From contig JAHQWH010000034.1 in NCBI GenBank assembly GCA_029856105.1, positions 1-51,523 of the forward strand: a stretch of 51,523 bases of DNA. The letters run 5' to 3'. Below are positions 41,709 through 51,523 of this stretch, in pieces. The DNA comes from Promethearchaeia archaeon. Lineage in GTDB: Archaea; Asgardarchaeota; Lokiarchaeia; Sigyniarchaeales; SOKP01. A program made the translations under genes and the position numbers. Under the pieces are notes generated by a model. That model saw nothing but the letters and a program-made list of their open reading frames with translations, searched no databases and was not told where the DNA came from. The first letter of the stretch is position 1. Every line of letters begins with the position of its first letter.

Positions 41709-41813
41709 ATTTAAACCTTTTTATTATTTAAAAAAGCTTAAAAAGTTCTAAAATAATATTTTATATAGCTATAATTTTAAATATCAAGAACTATAATTTG
41801 AGCTCATACAACT

Positions 41814-42338
41814 ATGGGTACAGAAAAAGATACGCGGACTAATTACTTCAATATTTTCAATGATAAAAAACCAATCGTTGTAAGAAGATGTTCAATAGAA
41901 GACTTAGAAGGCGTTATCGAAGTAAACGAAAAAGAATTACCCGAAGATTATCCTTATTTTTTTTACAAAAGCATATTAGATAATTATCCAGAATCCTTTC
42001 AAGTTGCTTGTAATAGCAACGGAAAAATTATTGGATATATAATGTGGAGAGTTGAACGATCTCCCGCGATAAATAGTTTGAAATTGATGAATAAAGGACA
42101 CTTGGTTTCAATAGCAGTTTTAAAGAGCTATAGGAGGTCCGGTATAGCAGCAACTTTGTTATTAAATTCTATGAAAAAATTAAAAAAATACAAAATAGAC
42201 GAGTTTGTCTTAGAAGTAAGAGTGAGTAATTATGTTGCTATTAGTTTATACAAAAAATTTAATTTTACCACCCATAACATAAAAGAAAAATATTATAGAG
42301 ACGGGGAGAATGCGTATTATATGACCCTAAAAGCCTAA
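41814..42338 (+). CDS. N-terminal acetyltransferase (Ard1/RimI-like)
   Basis: LPEDY, GHLVSIAV..RRSGIA, LEVRVSN, YYRDGENAY. Confidence 0.92.
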   Translation: MGTEKDTRTNYFNIFNDKKPIVVRRCSIEDLEGVIEVNEKELPEDYPYFFYKSILDNYPESFQVACNSNGKIIGYIMWRVERSPAINSLKLMNKGHLVSIAVLKSYRRSGIAATLLLNSMKKLKKYKIDEFVLEVRVSNYVAISLYKKFNFTTHNIKEKYYRDGENAYYMTLKA

Positions 42339-42343
42339 TTTTC

Positions 42344-43351
42344 TTATCCAAAAGATTCTTCTAATCCTTTTATTAAATAAGTGAGCATTTCATTTATCGG
42401 AACTTTTACACCTACTTCCTTTGCTAAACTTACAATTCTACCATTAAGAAAGTCAATTTCTGTGAGATTTCCTTTTAATATATCTTGTAACATTGAATTT
42501 TTGTTATTGTATGTTTTTTCGGCAACAGAATACATTAACTTGACAGAATCCCTATCTAAAAGTTCGATGCATTTTAACTTAGCTACTTCTAAAGCCTCTT
42601 TAACCGCTGTACTCATTAATTGTTTCAATTTTTCATTCTCTAAAAGTTTTCCATTATTTAAACGAGTTAACGCCCCTAATGCGTTAATTCCAATGTTTAC
42701 AAATGCTTTTTCCCAAGTATGCTTAATAATATCGTCAACAATTTCAGTTTCTAAACCTCCCGCGTCTAGACGATTTTTTAACACGTTTAATTTTATAAGA
42801 GCGCTCTTATAACGACTATGATTTTGTTTTTGGGGTTTTAAATAGGCAAACCCCATTTTTGTAAATCCTACGCCTGTATGATACACGAAACCATTTTCTT
42901 TCACTAATGCCCCATGCGAAGTAATTATTCTTATAATTTTATTTCTATCGCAATATTTCTTCACTAATTCCTCGTTACCGATGCCATTCTGTAGAATTAT
43001 TAACCAATTACTCGAATTAATCAATTCTTTATATTGAATCATCGCTCTCTCGCTATCGTATGTTTTAGTCGTTAAAAACAAATAGTCTAATTTGTATTTT
43101 TTGTCATTTATTGATATTTTAGTAAAATCTTCAACATTCTCGAAAGCTTTAATATTAGTTAGCGTTATATTACCGTTATCTCTGTATATCTTTATTCCAT
43201 GCTTATTTATTACCTTAGCATGACCCCTTCTACAAAAAAAAGAGATTTCTAATGGGGCAGTCTCAGTATGAACAGAAGCAAGACATCCTCCGAATAAACT
43301 ACCAATAGATCCTGAACCTATAAAACCAATTCTTAATAAGTTGTGATTCAA
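42344..43351 (-). CDS. panE: Ketopantoate reductase
   Basis: GSGSIG, LQNGIGNE, WEKAFVN, NSMLQD..TEIDFLNG. Confidence 0.94.
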   Translation of the reverse strand: MNHNLLRIGFIGSGSIGSLFGGCLASVHTETAPLEISFFCRRGHAKVINKHGIKIYRDNGNITLTNIKAFENVEDFTKISINDKKYKLDYLFLTTKTYDSERAMIQYKELINSSNWLIILQNGIGNEELVKKYCDRNKIIRIITSHGALVKENGFVYHTGVGFTKMGFAYLKPQKQNHSRYKSALIKLNVLKNRLDAGGLETEIVDDIIKHTWEKAFVNIGINALGALTRLNNGKLLENEKLKQLMSTAVKEALEVAKLKCIELLDRDSVKLMYSVAEKTYNNKNSMLQDILKGNLTEIDFLNGRIVSLAKEVGVKVPINEMLTYLIKGLEESFG

Positions 43352-43414
43352 ATCTTAATCAACCTCTTTTAGCAACAGAATCTACTATGCTTACTCACAA
43401 GTTAAATTTGTGTT

Positions 43415-44284
43415 TTAATTTAAAAATTTATCTAAACCTGTTTGACCTCTTGAATAAGTACCAGATTTTTTCTTTATATCTAATATTCTAACTTGTTTAG
43501 GTTCTTTTCTGGGATTTAGATTTAATTCTCGCATCATCATTAAAGAATTTTTAGTAGCATATCCCGAAAAATGATTGTTAAAATATATCCCCACTCTATC
43601 AACTTTTTGAGCTACATCTCTTATTGAAATCGCCCATTTTTTAATCTCCTCTTCTTTGAAACAGTAATTAAACCAAATTTTTTGCCCGTAACCATGAAAC
43701 CTAATATAGGCAAATTTTGGATTTGTAACGTCCATTCTAGGAGGCAATAATGGCTCAATAACGGCACAATATGTAAGCGAATTTCTTTTTAAATACTTAA
43801 AAACATCGTCATCCATCCAAGATTCGTGCCTAAATTCTACAATCAAATTATAACCTTCTTGTTCTGGATTACCCGGCCAATTTTGAATAAAATCTTTTAA
43901 GTTATCGTAATGCTCCTCTTTATTAAAGGAAGGAGGTAATTGTATTAAAAACCCTAATAACTTTTTGGATTCTATTAAAGGGCTCATCGCTTCTAAAAAA
44001 TAATCCAAATCGTTTAAACATAAACTAATATCTAACTTATGTTCATGAGTAATCTTTCTGTGAAGTTTCGCAGTAAACAAGAAATTTGAGGGGGTCTTGT
44101 CTCTCCAGCGGGTTACGATAAATTTCGAAGGAACATTGTAAAAAGTAGTATTTATTTCGTTTGTGTAGAATATTTCCGAATAATATGAAAGATAATCCTC
44201 CTTTTTCAAACTCTTAGGATAAAATGGCCCTACCCACTCATCATACCCCCATCCCGAAGTTCCTACCAAAATCTTCTTTTCCAT
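43415..44284 (-). CDS. DUF72 family protein
   Basis: GTSGW..W..FYP, EINTTFY, QLPPSF, EFRHESW, YIRFHG, YFNNH. Confidence 0.94.
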   Translation of the reverse strand: MEKKILVGTSGWGYDEWVGPFYPKSLKKEDYLSYYSEIFYTNEINTTFYNVPSKFIVTRWRDKTPSNFLFTAKLHRKITHEHKLDISLCLNDLDYFLEAMSPLIESKKLLGFLIQLPPSFNKEEHYDNLKDFIQNWPGNPEQEGYNLIVEFRHESWMDDDVFKYLKRNSLTYCAVIEPLLPPRMDVTNPKFAYIRFHGYGQKIWFNYCFKEEEIKKWAISIRDVAQKVDRVGIYFNNHFSGYATKNSLMMMRELNLNPRKEPKQVRILDIKKKSGTYSRGQTGLDKFLN

Positions 44285-44800
44285 TATTTAATCTGATACT
44301 TAGATTTTTAAGATATTTTAAGTAAACCTTTTAATATTGCTCCCTTCTTTTAAAAGAGCCCTTAACTGAATTTTTAATTTCTTAATTCATTTTTGATTAT
44401 TATTTTTTTTATTCTTTTTATGATTTTTCCAATATAACTATCGTTAAAAAAATTATTAAACTTCTGCTTATTAATCCTTTATGATCTTATTATTAGTCAA
44501 ATGAAAGACCGCTCCTTCCTTTTAAAGTTTATGAATTGCTACCATAAAATTTTTAATCAAGAAATTACTCTAATATTTCGTCGATGGATTTTTAATTTGT
44601 GATCTAAATTTATCCCTATTAACATCGTCGCGTTATTGGCTGAGAAAAATATCTCATCGTTAATCGATGAAATACCATCAATAACAGGTACCGGCCTCAT
44701 GGAAGTTTATCAGAAGTGACTTCGGTCAAAATGCCTGATGCTACAGGAAATGAGTGCCTAAAGCGACCAATTCCTCGGTTGTTTAAGGGTTCCGGACCAA

Positions 44801-44870
44801 GCACGAACACAAAGCGAACAAAAACTAACAGAAACGAACAAAAACTAACAGAAACGAACAAAAACGAAAA
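44801..44870 (+). repeat. 10-bp tandem repeat (about 7 units) in the 23S leader
   Basis: AAAGCGAACA AAAACTAACA GAAACGAACA AAAACTAACA GAAACGAACA AAAACGAAAA, bracketed by AGCACG/CGTGCT. Confidence 0.9.
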
Positions 44871-44981
44871 GCGTGCTCATAAGAACATACTCCCCATAGA
44901 TATAATATAGAATATTTTCGTCTCAAAAAAATTTAAAATTTCAATTTTCAAATATTTATAGTCTCTGAATACACAAGTCTT

Positions 44982-45002
44982 TTCACAAGCAATCTGAATC
45001 TT
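44982..45002 (+). other. 5' strand of the pre-23S BHB processing stem
   Basis: TTCAC-AAGC-AAT-CTGAATCTT pairs with AAGGTTCAG-GCTT-AGA-GTGAA (48360-48380) to form a canonical BHB. Confidence 0.88.
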
Positions 45003-45012
45003 TCCTCAAGTA

Positions 45013-48347
<3,335 letters not shown>

Positions 48348-48359
48348 AAAGAGGAGCTC

Positions 48360-48380
48360 AAGGTTCAGGCTTAGAGTGAA
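48360..48380 (+). other. 3' strand of the pre-23S BHB processing stem
   Basis: Complementary to 44982-45002, with AGA bulge. Confidence 0.88.
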
Positions 48381-48472
48381 TCGAATTGTGTAGAATGTTA
48401 GACGATAATTAGTTTCGAAATTGAGAGGTGAGATGAGTTAAGTATGTTATATATTGTAGAGGGGGTATGTTC

Positions 48473-48506
48473 TGGAGTTTTACACTCCAAATTTTTTCTT
48501 TTTTTT
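48473..48506 (+). terminator. Hairpin plus T-tract, probable 23S terminator
   Basis: TGGAGT-TTTAC-ACTCCA followed by long T runs; retained in repeat copies 2 and 3. Confidence 0.65.
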
Positions 48507-48522
48507 ATTATAATTAACAAAA

Positions 48523-48696
48523 GTGAAACATTTTGGAATTTTGTTTCACAATTTTTTTAATTTTTTTGAATATACAATAATAAACAAGTTATCATTCTTT
48601 CTATTTTCGCAATATATATTTGAATTTCCGATAATTTTACCATTGATTTGTGGAATGATTCTCATTATAGCGGGTAAAATGCTAAAGAGATGCTGA
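48523..48696 (+). pseudogene. Possible remnant or small membrane protein (57 aa)
   Basis: GTG..TGA frame ending FPIILPLICGMILIIAGKMLKRC. Confidence 0.3.
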
Positions 48697-48752
48697 TGTT
48701 TATTACAAATTTTATAAGAAAGTTCCCTTTTTTCAAATTAAATCGAAATTTC

Positions 48753-48781
48753 GTTTCGAAGTTGAGAAGTTGTGTTCCGGA
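48753..48781 (+). repeat. Highly decayed trailer repeat fragment
   Basis: GTTTCGAAGTTGAGAAGT..TGTTCCGGA versus GTTTCGAAATTGAGAGGT..TGTTCTGGA. Confidence 0.5.
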
Positions 48782-48792
48782 TTATAATTTTA

Positions 48793-49395
48793 TTATTTAG
48801 GATGGTCCCTTCCAAGCGTTGAATAAATTTGAAAAAGGCGTAAAAACATTACTCGCTTGGTTTTTCTCACAAATTCTTTGTTTCCGTAACGTCCTGAATC
48901 GAAAAGCAGTTCTTTGTTATTAGGGAGTATGATGATTACCCGAGCGGTTGTCACAGATGGCCTTTTATATCCTCCTCTTGTCGTATGGATACTTCCTTTA
49001 GCGAGGGTTACATTTTTCCATTCAAAGTAACCCTTTTTAGTCACTCTTCGATAATAGACTCCTGAGGGACTAATAACAACAAACCATCGTACAACAGAAA
49101 TGCAGATGATAACAACGAAAATTTCTACAAATGCAATTGCGATTGAGAACGATACCAAAATCATTATGCGATATTCTTCATCTATATCGAGGAAAAAATA
49201 CATTATTGCAGTTATCATCGGAACAAATACACAAAGGAGCCAAATTTTCTTAGTACCCTTTAAAACAAATATTTTCCCATCCAAGAACGCTTTTTCAATT
49301 TGCTCCCCTGTTGCGTATTTGCCAAATGTGTATTTTCCTTTTTTATAGCTTTTAAGAGCCTCTTTTAATTCTTCTAGAGTGTTTGGATTATCCAA
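48793..49395 (-). CDS. Two-TM membrane protein with putative PH-like C-terminal domain
   Basis: TTG start with AGGAG upstream; two TMs then VVISPSGVYY..FEWKNV. Confidence 0.8.
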   Translation of the reverse strand: MDNPNTLEELKEALKSYKKGKYTFGKYATGEQIEKAFLDGKIFVLKGTKKIWLLCVFVPMITAIMYFFLDIDEEYRIMILVSFSIAIAFVEIFVVIICISVVRWFVVISPSGVYYRRVTKKGYFEWKNVTLAKGSIHTTRGGYKRPSVTTARVIIILPNNKELLFDSGRYGNKEFVRKTKRVMFLRLFQIYSTLGRDHPK

Positions 49396-49413
49396 ATTAT
49401 TCTCCTCTTTAAT

Positions 49414-50049
49414 TCAAAAATTAGGTGGTTCAAATCTTCCTAGTTTACTGTAATTATAATAACTGAAAAATGAGAAAAAGGTCATTGCATCAATTTGTTG
49501 TCCTCGAATGTTTTTAGGGAATTCTTTTGTGGTATACTCGATGTTTTCTAAAAGGTCGCCGTTTGGCATTGCAATATGGATTACCTTAATTTTTGATCTT
49601 GAAATTTCCGATGTTTCTTCAACAATGTCGATACTAATATCTTTCCACTTACAAGATTTAATATCTCCCACATTCAATTTGTAGACTATACCTTCTGCGC
49701 CAAGAACTAAAAAGTTTGGGCGAAGATGTAATAATCCTGGAATCAAAAATCTAAGACCAAGTGGAGCAAAGACATAGATTGGTAGAAGGCTGATCAAAAA
49801 GCCATATAGAGTAAAAGTGAAAAGCTCTATGCCAAAAAAGGAATAAAGACTTAGTACAACAATAAATCCTATAGAAGTGAAAATTAATCCCAATATAATT
49901 TCTATTTTCACACCTGCTTTAGTAAACACCAATTTTTTTCCATTCTCTACTGCTTTCCTAACATCATAATGTGAAGTTATGGTCCCGTATACATAATTCC
50001 CATCTTTATAATTCTGAAAACTTTCGATATAGTCGTTTAAATTTTCCAT
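49414..50049 (-). CDS. Two-TM membrane protein, paralog of 48793-49395
   Basis: YKDGNYVYG, KAVENGK, LVLGAEGIVY..KWKDI, YTTKEF align with the neighbour. Confidence 0.8.
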   Translation of the reverse strand: MENLNDYIESFQNYKDGNYVYGTITSHYDVRKAVENGKKLVFTKAGVKIEIILGLIFTSIGFIVVLSLYSFFGIELFTFTLYGFLISLLPIYVFAPLGLRFLIPGLLHLRPNFLVLGAEGIVYKLNVGDIKSCKWKDISIDIVEETSEISRSKIKVIHIAMPNGDLLENIEYTTKEFPKNIRGQQIDAMTFFSFFSYYNYSKLGRFEPPNF

Positions 50050-50261
50050 TCTTATCAGATTTGACCTTTAAAAAGAAATTATAATAGCACGAAGTAAGAT
50101 TTTTTGAATAATATAAAATATGAATCTATTTATATTTTTCAGATCAATTAGCAATCTCTTTATTAAAATTCTACAACAGTTTGGTTTTTACCCTTTTTAT
50201 ATATTTCCTAAACACCTAGAAGGTTATATACTTCAATTTTTTATATTTTTAGAAAAAAATA

Positions 50262-50561
50262 CGAACCGTGGGAGCGAGACGAGCGCACCCGTAGAAGACG
50301 GGTTTGGTGAGATGGGGGGGGGGTGTACGTGCCGAGCTTTCGGGCGAGGTATTCAGCCCGCCATTCTCAACAGCGCGAGTGTGTGGCATTCGAAAGAGGA
50401 GCTCGAGGTTCAGGCTTAGAGCAAAAAGATTTGTGCGAATGGCAGACGATAGTTTGTTTCGAAATTGAGAGGTGAGATGATTTAAGTGTGTTATATATTG
50501 TAGAGGGGGTATGTTCTGGAGTTTTACACTCCACATTTTTTATTTTTTTTATTATTATTAA
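50262..50561 (+). repeat. Repeat copy 2: duplicate of 23S H99-H101, BHB half-site, trailer and terminator
   Basis: Near-identical to 48222-48376 (G5 to G10 run, few substitutions), more diverged in the trailer. Confidence 0.95.
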
Positions 50562-50620
50562 ATTATTTGTGACCATTTTATAGTTAGGTTTAGATTAAGG
50601 TATAATTTAAAACCTATAGA

Positions 50621-51232
50621 TTGAATTTTATGAAAAATTATTTACGGTTGAACGAGAAAAATATAGTTAAATATAAGAATGAAAACAACTGGCAAGGAAA
50701 CGGTATTGAGGCTCACGATCCTATTATTATAAATTCGATTAATCCTCATTATCATAGATTAAAACTAAAGAATTTGAACAGATTTATACAAATTTCGGAC
50801 CTTTCTTTAGACTACATCTATTTAACTGGTTGTAGAAATATTCAAATAAAGGAATGTAAATTTAATCAATTTAATTTGACGTCGTGTCAGCGTATTGAAG
50901 TAAGGAATAATATCCTTCCTGCCTTTGTTCTTCTTTTTAGTAGAGACAATAAGATAATAGGTAATGAAATATCTCAAGACTCTTATGATATTGTAAAAAA
51001 TTCGTTAGATGAACACCACGATGATAAAGGGCTATCTATAGTATTAGGGATAATAGTTATATGGATGCTATATAATTTCTCATATGATCTGTGGATATGG
51101 TTTTTCTATTCCCTCATAGTATTCGGAATAGTTATCTATTTTAAAATTAGAAGCAAAATTCTCATAAAAAGAGCTAATACTTTCCCAAATAATATTTTTA
51201 GGAATAACATAAAAATTCCAACAGAAATATGA
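50621..51232 (+). CDS. Membrane protein with short beta-helix (NosD-like) repeats
   Basis: WQGNG..DPIII, LTGCRNIQIKEC / LTSCQRIEVRNN repeats, two C-terminal TMs. Confidence 0.7.
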   Translation: MNFMKNYLRLNEKNIVKYKNENNWQGNGIEAHDPIIINSINPHYHRLKLKNLNRFIQISDLSLDYIYLTGCRNIQIKECKFNQFNLTSCQRIEVRNNILPAFVLLFSRDNKIIGNEISQDSYDIVKNSLDEHHDDKGLSIVLGIIVIWMLYNFSYDLWIWFFYSLIVFGIVIYFKIRSKILIKRANTFPNNIFRNNIKIPTEI

Positions 51233-51302
51233 TTTAAATAATTTTTTTAGTATAATTAGAAATTTTCGCGAAGAAAGGTAATAAGGTGAAATCGCGCTAG
51301 TT

Positions 51303-51396
51303 TGGCAGACGACACATGTTTCGAAAATGAGATGTGAGATGATTTAAGTATATTCGGGGGTATGTTCTGGAGTTTTACACTCCAATTTTTTATTTT
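51303..51396 (+). repeat. Repeat copy 3: trailer and terminator only
   Basis: TGGCAGACGA..GTTTCGAAAATGAGATGTGAGATGATTTAAGT..GGGGGTATGTTCTGGAGTTTTACACTCCA-T tract. Confidence 0.9.
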
Positions 51397-51523
51397 ACAA
51401 AATTTACGACTTGAACCGTTATTTTAGCAATGTTTTTATTATCTACCTTTACCTTACATACAATGTTATGTTTGATGGTATGAAAGCTATTAAAGGCAGC
51501 TTTTTGATTGGGCTACTTCTTGT

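Noticed and set aside
2190-42812. Short antisense or nested ORFs in the track (e.g. 4262-4624, 19476-19862, 28993-29328, 38717-39064, 42381-42812)
   Set aside because: They overlap well-supported genes and have no independent motifs
44801-44870. CRISPR-like array
   Set aside because: Contiguous 10-bp units with no unique spacers and no cas genes
44716-44910. 64-aa ORF with repetitive sequence
   Set aside because: Open only because the tandem repeat lacks stops; lies in the rRNA leader
50120-50576. Three short ORFs
   Set aside because: They overlap the duplicated 23S tail and trailer
48348-51523. 5S rRNA after 23S
   Set aside because: No 5S-like sequence recognised; the GC-rich segment at 50262 is a 23S duplicate
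51480-51523. Possible start of another membrane or secreted protein (MKAIKGSFLIGLLL)
   Set aside because: Truncated by the window edge and too short to support

Overview
AT-rich archaeal chromosome segment, very probably Asgard (Lokiarchaeia/Promethearchaeota-like). That assignment is inferred from the supersized 23S expansion segments and eukaryotic-signature proteins: profilin-like, Rab-like GTPase, tandem Roadblock, RING and PAC4-like. The window opens with the 16S rRNA 3' end and tRNA-Ala. About 44 kb of housekeeping genes follow (ribosome biogenesis, translation, CoA synthesis, TFB, RPA, FtsZ, thermosome), then a separate 23S rRNA gene with its own BHB processing stem. Most notable observations: (1) a tRNA-Asn gene broken by four introns with overlapping BHB motifs, among 10 non-canonical introns in 6 tRNAs; (2) progressively decayed direct repeats of the 23S 3' end/trailer separating unrelated membrane-protein genes, resembling a cassette-accretion site; (3) apparent AUU starts on aIF1 and an aldolase; (4) a ~30-nt insertion in 23S helix 91. 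All calls were made by eye without database searches.
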